Assembly: GCA_905178155.1 (NCBI GenBank)
Contig: CAJINV010000002.1
Coordinates: forward strand, 7,594,743 to 7,658,742
Length of the DNA: 64,000 nt
Origin: Amoebophrya sp. A120
Lineage: Eukaryota > Protista > Dinoflagellata
Reading direction: 5' to 3'
Part shown: piece by piece, positions 23,957 to 37,489 of the stretch
How the letters are laid out: the number at the start of each line of letters is the position of its first letter
Position numbering within the stretch: the first letter of the stretch is position 1
The notes under the pieces: model-generated
The model's input: the letters and a program-made list of their open reading frames with translations, nothing else
Databases searched by the model: none
What the model was told of the DNA's origin: nothing
Translations under genes and position numbers: made by a program

Positions 23957-26900
23957 CCGTGACGAAGTCCCTAAAACTCTGCTCCGTCCTGTTTGTGTCC
24001 AAGGCGTCCTGTAGCCAAAGCTGCTCTGCTTCCCGCAATCTCTGCGCCAACGGGTCCTCCCCATAGTTCATTCCCGTCATAAACAGCATGTTGCCTGCCT
24101 CCTTGGGCATCTTCGGCCTCCGGATAGTGTTGTCCCCAAGGTCGCCAGCAGCGGACCTGGAGTTAGTTCTTTTGCATTTGCAAATACGCATCAAAATGGG
24201 GCGACAAGGCCAACCTACCTAAGGCGGAAGTGCATCAGGCACCGCAAAACCCGTGTAATTCTCGTTCTCTGTCACTCTCTTGCTCTTCCTCTTGCTCTTC
24301 CGGCACGATCAACGGAAAATAATCTCTACCATGACTAGTTATAAGTCAGAAAACCCATTATTTAATAGTATCCCGCAATAAAAACGAACAATAGAAACGA
24401 AAAACGAAAACGAACAATGAAAACGAAAAACGAAAACAAAGAATGGAAACGAAAAACGAAAACAAAGAATGGAAACGAAAAACGAAAACAAAGAATGGAA
24501 ACGAAAAACGAAAACAAAGAATGAAAACAAAAAACGAAAACAAAGAAACGAAAAACAACAACAATGGAATGCAGACAAAGTGCCCAAGCTTCTAAGCGGC
24601 GACGCCTCGAAACGATGAGGCCTCGAAACGCCGAAGGAAGCAGCGAAGCCTCGAAGCAGCGAAGCCTCGAAACAGCGAAGCCTCGAAGCAGCGAAGCCTC
24701 GAAGCAGCGGAGCCCCGAAGCAACGAAGCCCCGAAACAGCGAAGCCCCGAAGCAGCGAAGCCCCGAAGCAGCGAGCCCTCGAAGCAGCGAACCCTCGAAG
24801 CAGCGAAGCCTCGAAGCCGCAAAGCCTCGAAGCCGCAAAGCCTCGAAGCAGCAAAGCCTCGAAGCAGCGAAGCTTCGAAGCCGCTCAGCCTCGAAGCAGC
24901 GCAGCCTCGGAGCAGCGCAGCCTCGAAGCCGCGAAGCCTCGAAGCAGCGAAGCCTCGAAGCACCGAACAAGCAGCGAAGCCTCGCTCGAACAAGCAGCAA
25001 AGCCGCGAACAAGCAACGAGGGCTCGAACAAGCAGCCAAGCCTCAAACGAGCAGCGAAGCCTCGAACAAGCAGCGAAGCCTCGAACAAGCAGCGAAACCT
25101 CGAACGAGCAGCGAAGCCGCGAACAAGCAGCGAAGCCTCGAAGAACAAGCAACGAAGCCTCGAACAAGCAACGAAGCCCCGAAGCCCCGAAGGAAGCAGC
25201 GAAGCCCCGAAGCAGCGAACCCTCGAAGCAGCGAACCCTCGAAGCAGCGAACCATCGAAGCGGCGAAGCCTCGAAGCAGCAAAGCCTCGAAGCAGCGAAG
25301 CCTCGAAGCAGCGAAGCCTCGAAGCAGCGAAGCCTCGACGCAGCGAAGCCTCGAAGCAGGAGAGCCTCGAAGCAGCAGAGCCTCGAAGCCTCGAAGCAGC
25401 GAAGCCTCGAGGCCCCGAAGCAGCGAAGCCCCGAAGCGGCGCAACCTCGAAGCAGCGAAGCCCCGAAGCAGCGAAGCCTCGAAGCAGGCCGGTGCCAGGT
25501 CGTGGCCAGGCCGGTCGGTGCCAGATCACGGCAAGGCCGGCGCTCGCTCAGGCCACTGCCAAGCCGGTTCCAGATCATGGCAAAGCCAAGCCGGCCCCGG
25601 GTCCGTCGTGGCCAAGCCGAAGCCGGCGCCAAATCAATCATGGCCAAGCCGGGGCCAGATCATCTCATAAGTAACAAAGCCAAGCCGGTGCCAGATCATG
25701 GCCAAGCCGGTGCGGTGCCAGGTCGTGGCCAAGCCGGTGCCAGGTGAATCATGGCCAAGCCTGCCTGCCTGTGCCCGAGCATAGCCAAACCGGTGCGGGA
25801 TCATGGCCATGCCTGCAAGTGCCCGGCCGCGGCCAAGTCGGTGCCAAATCATGGCCAAGGCGGTGCCAGGTCGTGGCCACGCCGGTGCCAGGTCATGGCC
25901 GTGCCGGTGCCCCCCCGATCATGCCCAAGCCGGTGCCGGACCCTAGCCACGCCGGTGTCGGGCCCTCGCCGAGCCGGTGCCCGACCATGCCCGCCCCCCG
26001 CCGCCAGATCGCGGCCCCGCCGGTGCCAGCATGCAAGATGACGGCAAAGGCCAACCTGCCCTCCGCGCCGGCCGGTGCCGGATCGTGCCAAAGCCGTTCT
26101 CCCGCTTTGAAAATCGCCGGCAGATGGGCCTACCTGTGCTGAAGCGCCGACAACGATTCTCCACAGAGAGACGATGAGAAGTGCTACTATTCATCTAGCG
26201 GAATACTATTAAGTCAGCAGGTTACAACTGGACACGGGAAGCGGGATAAGGCTAGTAATTAACGCGATATCAAAAAAACTAAACCTCAAGTATCAAATTA
26301 TACCCAGGATCCGCGTCGGCTGCCCCCTGCTCGTCTTCCAAAGGTGCGTTCTGGACTTGCTTGTAAATGTCCTGAAAGGTCGGGTCCCGGAGGTACTTGT
26401 GAAAGACTAACCTCCTGTCGAACAACTCGCAGGCCTGAATCACGTATCTTAGAAACCAAGGGCCGTCGGTGGGAAGGACGCGGGTACTGGATTTGTGTAT
26501 TAATTTATGAGAGAGTGCAGCAAGCGGTTGATTTCCAGTACTTGGTAAAAAAACGTGGCTTCTCTTCACCACTACTCCGACGGGGCATGGTAACACAATA
26601 AATCTGAATATGAGATCAAAAACTACAAACAGAGAAGCAGAAGTGTAGAAGTAGACGTAGAGGACGACAATAAAATCTGCCACGTGGTCCAGCTCCAGAA
26701 CTACCAGATTCAAAAATCAATTACAATTTAGAAAGACGAGTACGCTCCGGTCCGCTTTTGGTTGAAGGAGAGATCCATGGTGGTTTCCGCCAGTATGATG
26801 TTTTGCTTCTCGCAAAACGACGTCAAGAGCTCGAGCATCGCCGCTTTCAACAAGTGCAGCGGGTACAGCTTGGGCGTGATGATCTGCAGCTCCTCGGCCG

Positions 26901-27617
26901 AGACGTAGCCCGAGGAAAACATGTCTAACCGCAACAGGTCCACCTTGCGGTACACCACCGACCGCGCGAGGTCCTGCACGACCTGCTCCAGCGACTTGGC
27001 TTCGTCCACCTTGATATTTTGCGTGTTTGTCATCACGGAGGACCCCGACAGGGCGGAATTTGACGTGCCACTGGTCGCGTTGAAGTTGGTCGCCACGTAG
27101 GGAACGAAGCACACCGGGGACTCCAGGAAGGTTTGGAAGGAACACTCTCCGTTCCGAGCGGCCACGAGCTTGAAAAATAGAGCCTTATCCTTCAGGGACA
27201 TCTCCTTGCCCCAGCCGCCGCAGGTGTCCAGGGCGTGGATAAATTGCAAGATATCGCAGGATACCGCCGTGGTACCTGATAGATAGAGTGAATAGATGAA
27301 GACTTTTTTTTACCGCATCAAATCGACGTTATGCCTTCGAAGATGGAAGTGCATTTGGTTGCTACAATTCATCGTTGCTGTTGCCTTTCCGAAAAGACGG
27401 AGATGGTCGTCACAAATCCGAAAAGATGCGATGAATTCAATTAGTTGAATATACCGAAAAGCGATATCCACATGGACTCCACCTCGAGCACCGTGCATTT
27501 GGCGCTCTTGTTTCGCAACAAGCTGGCGTTGGCCAGGTGATGGCGAAACTCGCGAAGCTTTTTGAAGACCTGGATCTTCTGCTGATAACGCTCGATCACG
27601 TCGCGGGTGGTATTCAT
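23957..27617 (-). CDS. Multi-exon hypothetical protein, possibly EF-hand-like; both ends uncertain
   Basis: Coding-like exons ~27497-27617, ~26745-27275, ~26304-26580 and 23957-24156. Phase-compatible GT (26303) and AG (24157) join DADPG to SAAGDLGD across the satellite block. Confidence 0.55.
24381..24563. repeat. A-rich tandem repeat, ~26-bp unit aaacgaaaaacgaaaacaaagaatgg
   Basis: About 6-7 directly visible copies. Confidence 0.9.
24595..25487. repeat. Minisatellite, 16-bp unit gaagcagcgaagcctc (two 8-mers), with a gaac-expanded 20-bp variant block at ~24960-25175
   Basis: About 50 directly visible copies. Confidence 0.95.
25488..26090. repeat. Degenerate GC-rich tandem repeat, ~22-bp unit ccggtgccagatcatggccaag
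   Basis: Recurrent ccggtgcca and catggccaag words that decay rightwards. Confidence 0.85.
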
Positions 27618-28705
27618 TGTGCTGTAAAAGTAAAAAGGAAGCGTGTTACAAGAAAAAATCGAGTTAATTTACGTGCTTAGGGTCGTCAGGGGTGTTGTGG
27701 GTGTCAAAGATCAATCAAATTCGTAGTCGAGAAAACAAAATACAGCAATAGAGACCATTTTCTCAAAAATAAACAGACCACGTCCCTCGCCCGGAAGGAC
27801 TGAACAGTCCTTCGAGGTCCGTGCCTGTATCCTACAGTTTCATTTTTGAATAAAGAAAATGGCTTTGAAAATGATAATGAAAATCCAAGAGTCATATTCT
27901 TGATCTGCAAGCCACGCCAGTTCGTAAAGATAAAGTGTCAGGCGATAATATAGAAGACTTCGTATATTATACGAAGTCTTCCTTACGAACAGGAGCGTCA
28001 CTGACACCAGGAGCGAATTCAAAAAGTGCCCACGATCACCACGAGCGAAAAAGGATTCCAGACGATATTTTGGTCTGAAAGCTCCCATGGCTACGACGAC
28101 GACAAAGGCGACTTGTTCACGATAAGTAAGCTGCTCTACCCGCCCACGAGTCGCGACGATAATCTAGTTCGAAACAACAAATGTACCGTTTGTTGTTCTA
28201 CTTGTTCGTCGATGATAATGGCAAGACGCATATACAAGAAGTGCATCTAGAGAAGCACGATCCAGCTCGGACTTCGACTTCGAGGCCCCTTCTTTCATGT
28301 CTCCTGTGGCGTCTCCCGTCTTTGTAACCATGTGACGGAACAGTACTACGAATACATATATCGGAAGCAGGCACAAGGCCGCCACTCCTTCCGAGAATGT
28401 GCATTGCTTGCGTGTGGGATCTTGTCGATCCTAGTATTGACCTCGTCGACTTCTGTATTCTCAGTGGTGAATTCAAAACCGGGTAGGTCCTGCGCAGGGA
28501 CAACTCCGATGCTCACTACCGACGCAAAAGACAAAAAATATTTTTGCATCGGATGTGAGGATCGAAAAAAAATGCGAGGAAACATACTAGCGGGGCTGCA
28601 CGCGTTTCGTTGCTCCACTTGCAAAAGATTCGAATTCGAGTTGTAAGAAGAGGATAGCTAGTACGAACACTGTCCTGCTTTATCGCATACTTTACAATTA
28701 TATTC

Positions 28706-31700
28706 TCATTCGGCGTCCTCATCTTTTTCAAAATTCGGATCGAGCGCGAACTCCTGCATGGGCCTGGGCACCAAGGGTACGTCGTTCGCCATCTCCATCA
28801 GATTGATGCAGGAGTCCTGGCGCTGCTTCTGCTGCCGGATCGACCGAATAAAGTCAACTTCGCCGAACCGCTCCACCTTGGTTCGCCGACGGGCCGGAAT
28901 GGTTATGTATTGATGCATCCACTGTGGCAGCTCGTCGATTTCTGTAGGTGGATAATTATGTGCCCGTTGGCCCATACAACATGGGTAATCAGAAAAGCAT
29001 TTTGCGCAAGAAGATCTTCTAGAAACCCATACTAGACGAGAAGGCAACTACCTTCGTAGGGACTGGCTATCGCATCGAGAACTAGGTCGATTGTCAGCTA
29101 CCCTACTTTCTTGCCCTTAGTCTACTTCTGAGCATGGACAAAGAAATTCGGTCGTGCTTGACCTATACTAGCCCGAACCCATGTCTACCCAGCCGCTGTC
29201 TTCTTGTTTCAGGTGATACTGCTACTGGCATTTCATTGCTTGTAGAAGATAGATATAGTGGTAGTGCCTCTCTTACCGTTGGAAAAAGAAAAAGGAGACG
29301 AGATGACGAGAGAAACGACGAAAGCGTTCAGCGGCATCGACAGATAGCAGTCGCGGAGTATTGCGCAAGGCATGAGTGATGCGATATTAAAGCAGGCTCT
29401 ACACCTATCTTCTACGGACATGAAATGAGAATGACATGAAACAAGAAGAAGCTTCGACTCTAGGAAGTTCTTTTTCACGACACACCCACGACCCAGACGA
29501 GGCAATTTTCTACTTGTAAGAGAGGCACTACACTACTTCATACTCGGGAATCTATGATGAGATTTCGCTCGTGCATTTGAATTCCCGCAGCCATTCATCT
29601 TCTACAGGCAATGAAACACAATCAAAGCAGACAAGAAGACAACAGCATGCTAGAAAATACATTGAAATTCCGATTTCTCTGGAATCGTCACGTAGCGCTG
29701 CATCCACTTTGGCAAGTCGCGTATGTCTGATCGCAAAAGATAAAGATTTCAACAGCATAAAACGCATGACAAAGTTCCAACTTTATCCTTTTTGACGCTG
29801 CAGCGGTGCATTCGCATAATTTCAGAAAAAAAATTTACGAAAACAAAATGACCACACATTCACTAATATACTTCCGACGTTGGGCGCGACCCGATCAGTG
29901 TACTGACCGGCGTAGGTCAAGCCAATGTTGTGCCGTATCTGTGCGTATCAAATGCAAATGTCTGGGTCTGGAAGAATGCATGTTTGTCATGCTTGTCTGG
30001 CATGACTCTTAAATCTGTCATGCTTAACAGACTGCGCAACTCTTAAATCTGTCACGCACGTTACCCAAGTAGAGCTCCACTTTTCTGTGATGCAGAAACG
30101 CAGTTTGTCATGCAGAATAGGCAACACCTAGAAGCTCAGAAACTTGTCATGCTGAGCCAGCACTTGTGGCCTCATCATGAGACGCCACCCAGCATCACAA
30201 GTTTCCAGACCCAGACATTTTTACATTTGATAGTGCGGACGTGATGTGTTGGGGTATTCTCGGGACGTTCTCGTCGTTAATGCCGTAGTTTGTTGGCTGC
30301 ACGCCTAACCGCAGGTAATCGGGCACCTCGTTCACCGGGAGGGGTGGCGCAGCCATCATATTGCCAACTGGATCTGAGAGTGAGACATCGTCATCGATTG
30401 AGCTGTATTTCTCTCCTCTGTCTTTCACAAAACATGATATATCAAAATCTGATGGCATTTCCGTGCTTGCAACTGCGCGTGTGTACTAACACTAAGTGTA
30501 ACAAAACAAGAACATAAACATTACTTCCATCCGCCCCCAACATGGGTCCACCGCCGCCGCCGCCCATCATGCCGGCGCCGCCCGGCATGCCCCCGCCGGG
30601 CATGCCCATCATGCCGCCGCCCATTCCCGCGTCGCCGTTCATGATCCGCGCCACCGTGGAGGACCCGTGGTTCATTAGGCTGGGATGGCCGACCAGGTTC
30701 GGTATGCTCTGTTGCTTGATCATCGCAGCTGTGTCTGGGTCGGCCATGTGGTCTATTGGAAGGGAACCCAGATCGGCGGCTTCGTCGCCCGGGTTCAGAG
30801 AGGCTGTGTTTCATTCGATAAGGATAGACAGTATTAGTATTTCTAATTTATATTTTGTTGTACGCGGGTCGTGTGGTGCCGGTGCGCAGCTCTGTTATAC
30901 AGTCTGGCGTTCTTCGCATTCGGGCATTCATCGCGTTAGATTGTTGCGAAGTCACTTGAGTCCGGGGTACCCGGATATTTGAGAAAACAGACATCATCAA
31001 AAATCAAATATTGTCTTCGTCTTGAACTTCATGGCCGCATCGTGATCGTCTTACAAGAATATACGCAAAGTTTCATACAGTAAAGAGCTGTACCCTTCGC
31101 CTTTTCTTCGGCTTGTCTCCGGGCCTTTTCGAGGGTGAAGTCTGGCCAGACGCCCTGTTTGAAGTCGTAGTGACCCATCCTGCGCTGCCATATGGCGTTC
31201 TCAAACGTTACACTCTCAAGCTCAACTGTTACATGGATTTGTGATGCAAATTAGCCATGCATATCTACACGATCAAGCTGCTTCGCATGACAAGTTCGCG
31301 ACTTGCTAGATAGCATGAGAATCTACGCCAAACCTGTAATGCAAAAGGCGCAATCTTCCCCCTTTCAATTTTGCCACTCTTGCATTACAAATTCACGTAA
31401 CAGTTGAGAATGTAACATTTGAGAACTCCATATGCCACTGGTTCAGGTTCGCACGCTGGCCGCCAAAGGTGTCTGGAATGAGCAGGTCTATGGAAGCGTC
31501 AGGATTGAAATCCTCAAAGTTGAAATAATTTCTCATGCAGAAATTGCAAGGCATGAAGTGCCTCTGTTGCAGGGATTACAAATGAGGCCGATTGTAAGCC
31601 TGTTTCGGGTTTGGAATAGAGCTGCTAAAGTAGCATCACAAAAGGCGCCTTCTGTTCCTAAACAGCATGACAAACCGGTTTTAGACGGTGCCGAAATTTG

Positions 31701-33340
31701 TCATGCGCCGCTGGGAAATTGGGCTTCCGTCTGGTATCGATTTTATGCATTACAAATGATTTCAACTTTGACGATTTCAATCCTGACACTCCCATAAGGT
31801 CCGACACCTCCTTAAACGGCGGGTCGCCGCGGAGAAAGATGTTGGCGCGCTTCACGCGGAAAAACTCCAGGTTTATCCTGCGATTCACGGACTCGACGCG
31901 GTCGTAGTCGTTCCAGAAGGCGAGGGACGGGAATATCCAACAGAAAAAAGCAAGTATGATAGCATATCATCCGTATAAATGCAAAAATGAATACGCAAAA
32001 GTACATAAGGATAAGCTCTCTAGTGTATGCTAAGCAGCATTCCATGGGCTCCTGCAGACGTGTCTTGTATTGGTATTCGTATTTCTTTTTGCATTTACAA
32101 TTGTGATACGCTGGCGGCTTTTTTGATGTGGGATAGGGAGCGAAGACTGCAGGGAGCGTTGGAGGTGGATCAAAGGGTTGATAAGTTGGGAATACCTGCA
32201 GTAGTTTGCCATGTCAGTAGAACAACCATTACGTGCCTCACCTTCATCATCATCTTGTCTTTGCAATACGAATAGGAAAGACGTAGAGCTGCGGACAACG
32301 ACAAGGTTTTAACTACACGACTAGCATACCTGTGACAGAGCTCCACGAAGTCTGCGATGTAGTAGCGGTGCAGTGGGAGTGCCGCAAAATTGATCTCGCT
32401 GGTGGAAAACGACTCGACAGGGCAGTCATCGTACAGAGAGTAGTACTCCGAAAGCTGCGTGCACGTCAGGTAGTGGATGGTCCACGACTTCTATGCAAGA
32501 AAAAAAGACTGCTTTTGTGCATTACGCAAGGCGATTGCGTCTGTCATGCTGGTCATGCATTTTAGGGCTCATTCAAGCGCGTTTTCGTGTACTAGTTAAG
32601 CATGCCAGGTTTTTGCTGTCATGCCGGACAGATTTGTAATCATCATGATATCCCTGCACCGTCAAAACCAAAAAAGTATACACGTACAATCTCTTTTTCT
32701 TACGGTAACTTTACGTCCTTCACGATGATGTAGAACATGGCCTGGCAGAGCTCGACTTTGGAGAGACTGTTGAACTTCAAAAAGATGTACAAAAATTCAT
32801 CCCAGTTGACCACGTCAAAGCAGCCCCCAAACTCGACCAGCCGCTCGAGACATCCTTCGACCCACTTTCTTCGGTGGGGGACCAGGGTCTTCAGACTACT
32901 GGTCGCGACCTCGGAGGCCGTGGTGATGGTGCGGTGCTTGTTTATCAGGTGGAAAAACATTTCCCACCCGGAAATACGAATACCTCATCTTCCGATGCAA
33001 AGTTGTTGTATCGATTTTTTTCATGCGCTCCAATCCGAAAAGTGGTGGCTTGCGCGAATTTTTTTTTTCGTTGATATATGTATACAGATTTTCCCTACTT
33101 CTTGGTATAGTGGCGTGGGAACGTTTTTCCTCAAGATCATATCCTTTTCCGCCTGTTTCAGCTCCGAGAACACCTTGTACAATTTCGCCAGGTGCTTGGG
33201 CATAATCTGCAACTGCATCAGCACTTCCTGCACCTCGGTGGACGGCTTCATCGGTGCGCCCCGCATCACCATCCGGAAAATGTTCCGGAGCGGCTTGGTG
33301 AGCGCCTCCATTTTCAAGCTGTTCTTTGTTCCTGGGGCAG
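28706..33340 (-). CDS. Multi-exon protein with EF-hand-like region and Gly/Met/Pro-rich segment (start uncertain)
   Basis: Exons join in frame after removal of four introners (e.g. YIIVKD-KSWTIHYL, KEVSDL-LIPDTFGG, LNQWQRRMG, TSAQIRH). EF-hand-like FDVVNWDEFLYIFLKF. Confidence 0.65.
29946..30232. mobile_element. Introner, family A1, with internal duplication/insertion
   Basis: Same TIR and body as 4880 and 50979; perfect TSD gtgcg; 287 bp versus 252 bp. Confidence 0.95.
31191..31432. mobile_element. Introner, family C
   Basis: tatggcgttctcaaacgttaca...tgtaacatttgagaactccata; perfect TSD tgcca; homologous to 47755. Confidence 0.93.
31489..31796. mobile_element. Introner, family D
   Basis: ~40-bp TIR tatggaagcgtcaggattgaaatc / gatttcaatcctgacactcccata; perfect TSD aggtc. 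Confidence 0.92.
32492..32707. mobile_element. Decayed introner; predicted canonical GT-AG intron 32491-32714
   Basis: tatgcaagaaaaa...tttttcttacggta; flanks acttc/acttt; internal tgtcatgc motifs. Confidence 0.75.
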
Positions 33341-34829
33341 CTAGAAGATGCGGGACGTAGTTTGCTCCTTTCGGTTCTCAGGATAAGCTTCGATCTCGAT
33401 GGGAGAAGTGGAAGGAGACGCCGTGGTGTTGGTACCGGAGCAACGTCTTCAGAGGTGTTAGGAAAGACAGAGCAGCTGGTACTATTCTTCTTGATCTTGA
33501 TGCCGGTTAGTAAGTACTACAAGGCCTTCTAGAAGATTGACGCGAAGTACGTCCTCGTGGCTCCCCTGGTTCAGATTCTTTATCTTTCCTCGTCTGTCTC
33601 ATCGACGGTGTAGTTGTTGCTCCTCTTTCTGTTACTGTTCATGCAACCGCGCTGCCTGGTTGGACTTTGGACACGACGTATTCAGCAGTACCTGAATTAC
33701 TTAGTCACCCCGAGGAGGCATAGAGAGGGGGCACTGACAAAACAACTACAGCGTCTTCTGCTATTTGTGTTGCGAGGCCAGTTGCTTTGTCCGATGGCCT
33801 TTGATGATTGATGGATTCGATGCTGCTACGCGTTCTCCAGGTGGCGCAGCACAAACCAAAATCCCGTCTTCCGCTCACTCAGAGTTCTCCATCAGCACGG
33901 TTCCGTATCGACGGTTCTCGAAACAGGGGCTCAGCTCTTTCCAATCACCCTGACCGCAGAAAAGAAAAGTCCGCAAGAAGTAGAAGAAGGCTTCCGAAAC
34001 TACTTGAAGTCAACTACGGGTTCTTTATCAGGACTTCGGCGGGCACCAGAGTCAAGTTAGTTGTATTCTCGGGGAACTATATGATTCAGTTGTATTCTCG
34101 GGGAACAAGCGACAGCTATCTGTGCAGGTAAAACAAGCTTCTTCGTGTAGCGTAGTTTTGGTTTTAAGTACTACTGCAAAATTTAAATTGTCACGCTCGA
34201 GTTCGAGTGTCGATTGCTTGCACATTGCACGAAGATCGAAACTTTAGTAACTCATTCACGACATACTTAATTCAATGTTCCACTTTGCGCTCTTGTTGCG
34301 ACAAAACAACTCCACAAAACGAAGAACTTCAACACTTAGCTCAAATTCAAGCGGGTACTCTCACCAACAACTGATAAATCACTCCATGATCGCTCATCAT
34401 CATCTGTCCTCTCACTGTCACTCCAGCTCTCCGAAAATGAGAATGACACAATTATTCTGTCTTTATACTAGTCGAATTTCTCCTCGAGACCACATGGATT
34501 TTGCTTCATTGCGTTTTTTGAAGAATTGCACTTGTGCACGAGAGCGATTTTCTTTCTTGGTGTTGTATCCCTGTTGTGGCGGAAAAAACGATTTCATCCG
34601 CAGAAAAGACCTTTTTGAGATCTTCTTCCTGGGAACACGACAAGGGCACGATTACAATCTGCGCGAGAGGAAACATCGATCGAGCAAACTTCATCTAAAT
34701 CTATGTATCTATCAAACCGTGTAGTGACGTCACTTAACAGCATCCGTGGCGTTGTCAGGTGGACCGCTACTTTTTATCACAACTGAGATTCATTTTTTGA
34801 CGGCGCCTAATAGATTTCATCACTATCAC

Positions 34830-37489
34830 TTAATTTCTCGCGTTTTTCCTATTTTGGTCATCCTTATTTCCCACGAGAGCAAAAGCATCGGAGTAGGCCC
34901 CGCCACCCTTTGCTTGCGTTAACTTGTTGGACATCATCGTTCTGTAGTCGGCTGAAAAGTCTTCCAGCCGTGCGTGGTCCACGTACCACGGTAAATGTCG
35001 GGCCTCAAACTTCGGACCAGCCACGCGTAACGTGTGCCGCACGCCGCGCACCCACTGCGGATTGTGGTAGCTGCATTTCGCCTGGTACATGACCGCCGCT
35101 GTGTCGACGGGGGACACATAGATGTCCAGCTCGTTGGCCGCGATCGCGGCCGCTACCTTCTCAACTTGCACTTGTCGTTCCGCCGGCGTCTTCGACCGCG
35201 TGCCGAAATCCTTTGGGTCCAGATGACCATCGAACCAGGTGGCGCCGTGGTTCAGCTGCCTCGCCCGCAGTAACGCCAGCTCGTACTCGAAGCTCTTCGC
35301 CTCGCCCCGACTGTTTCGCAGGCCCGCGAGATGCTTGCGGAGGGGCTCCAAAGCGGCCTCGTTTGTGGCTGCGAAAAGCTTGGACTGCTGCTGATAAGAG
35401 TTGACGCCGACTGCTCCATGTGTATTTGACGTAGTTGAGGCGCTGGTCGTTGTACTAGGGCTAGTGCTATCGGAAGGCAAAGCATTAACATGTTGATTCT
35501 CGTGAAGATACAATGTGTGAGTCTCGGGCTCGCGAGTCAGCGTGTCGTAGTGGCCGCGCAGCGTCTTCTCAATCGCCGTGTTCCAACTGATACGCGGCCT
35601 GAGAGACTTCTGCACGTCCTCGTGCAGAGAAGTTATTGCTGACGTTCCCTCCTCCACCTCGTTAGACCGTGGTACGCTTGCCGTGCCGTTCACCGCACTT
35701 GCGGCTGCAAAGTCCAGCTTTAGAAGCCAAAACCGGAGCTCTCGATCCAAGACGAGTTTTCGCTGCTTGTCAGATGGTTTTATCGGAAAAGAAACGGCGT
35801 TCTTACCAGGTGCCGCAGAACTGGTCTTCATCTGTGCCACCTCGGACTGGTCATCAAGTCGGAGAGTGACGTCTTCGGTCGCATACGAGCTGAGCTCTAG
35901 TGACCTTCTGCCCCCGATTGTCCGAGCGTATGGACGACCATTTCCACTTGTTGGATCCCCTTGCTCCGCATGATCAAGACCTTCTGCTGGCGCTCTTTGT
36001 CGACTATAAGTTGTATTCATATTCTCATGATCCCCATAGTCAAGAAGATCGCTTTTCCTTTTCGTGACCACCAGCTTTGTGGTGTCTAAATCGTCGAGCT
36101 TCAAGGCGGGCGCGACTTTGAGGATGTGCGGAAACAAGTCCAGCAGGTCGTTGAAGACGTAGAACCACTGCCTGCCCTCCGGAAAGAGCACATCCACGTC
36201 CGACACCACAAACCGCCTGCCGTGTATGTCTGCCGCGTGGGTGAGAACCCCACCGTAGGACTGCCACAAAGCGTAGCACCCGTCGTTGCGGTAGATGCGG
36301 TGCAGCGTGAAGTTCGCCGCTGCTTCCTTATCGCGAGAAAAAAGCGTTTACAGTTTGTTACACATTTGTTGGATTTTCTGCATCACAAAGTTGCTAGACA
36401 TGGCAAATTATCAAACCTGTGATGCGCAGACTATAAGGGAAAACACGAATGACATGAGGTTGGCAAGCGTTTCCTGCATGACAGAGTTTGTCTGTCTTGC
36501 TTGTCTCCGATCAGAGTGTGTAACTGTAACACTTTTTTCTCAGGATATTCCTCGGAATTGTAGTAGTAGTCCAGAAGCGGCGGATACGAACTGTTGTTGT
36601 CAATCACGTGCAGGTTGTAAAAACCGTTCTTGACGAGGTTCCGAATTTTCAACTTCAAAAAATGCAACAAGTTGAAATTCGTCGTGATAATCGGAATGGA
36701 CGCGGGGCGAGTGCGCTCGTGGAGAATGTGCTCATCGGCATGTCTGATACTGATGCCGGGGCCGGGTAAACCGCGGCGCCGACGTCGACGCTTGTTGCTT
36801 ATTATCTCGTCTGCATCGCCTTGTTCATCTCCTGTCGTGACTGGAAGTAGATCTTCCTCGGGGTCGTGCTCCCTCTGCTCGTGGTCTTCATTCCCAGCTA
36901 GCAACCGCAATCGCTCGTCGTCTTCGTCATCTTCTTCTGCCGCTTTCGACACCTCCGCGATGGTTTTTGCCAGAGGGTGGTAGTTCTCGTGCAGTATGCT
37001 ATCGATGCGGGCTTTCGGCGGTCGACCTTTGATAAAAACGGACTTATGTGCCCACACTACGGGTGGCGGGTGGCCGGCGCGAGGGTACGTGACAATGTGT
37101 TTCGTGATGCGATACCCACGGCGACGCTTGCGTCGTGTTGGAGGTAGGGGAGTAGACACATATGGATCATGTGACAGTTCTTGTGCTGCCGCGACCGGGG
37201 GCTTTGACGATGAGTAGAGTGCAAGCGCACATTCCACCAGACTGGTAAAAACAAATCTACCACGGCGACGAAGAAGGCAAAACCACGAAAAACATCGAAA
37301 TATGACGACTGAGGACGTTGACAAGAACGTGGATGTTGCTCTTGACCTGGAGCGTCGCCGCCAATGACTGATGACATGACGATCACATTTGCCCGACGAG
37401 TACGAATTGACTTTCTCCATGGGACGATCGATCTTCACAAAACGGCCAAAGCTTGTTCTACCTCCAGTATGAAAATCGCACGTATCCAT
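34830..37489 (-). CDS. Glycosyltransferase family 2-like (GT-A fold) protein, two exons; start uncertain
   Basis: Motifs IPIITTNFNLL, HVIDNNSSYPPLLDYY, VVSDVDV (DxD), KVAPALKLDDL, PVDTAAVMY and ARHLPWY. Exons are in frame after removal of introner 36329-36547. Confidence 0.75.
36329..36547. mobile_element. Introner (possible GA-AG intron)
   Basis: tatcgcgagaaaaaag...cttttttctcaggata; perfect TSD ttcct; excision restores NSEEAAANF. Confidence 0.9.

Noticed and set aside
24362-25670. Long ORFs on both strands (368, 351, 225 aa)
   Set aside because: They are by-products of stop-free tandem repeats that are open in several frames at once.
27840-28650. Separate gene or upstream exons
   Set aside because: Short ORFs in conflicting frames; no supportable model.
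32970-33095. Additional introner in the EF-hand-like gene
   Set aside because: An intron is needed here, but no convincing TIR or 5-bp TSD was found.
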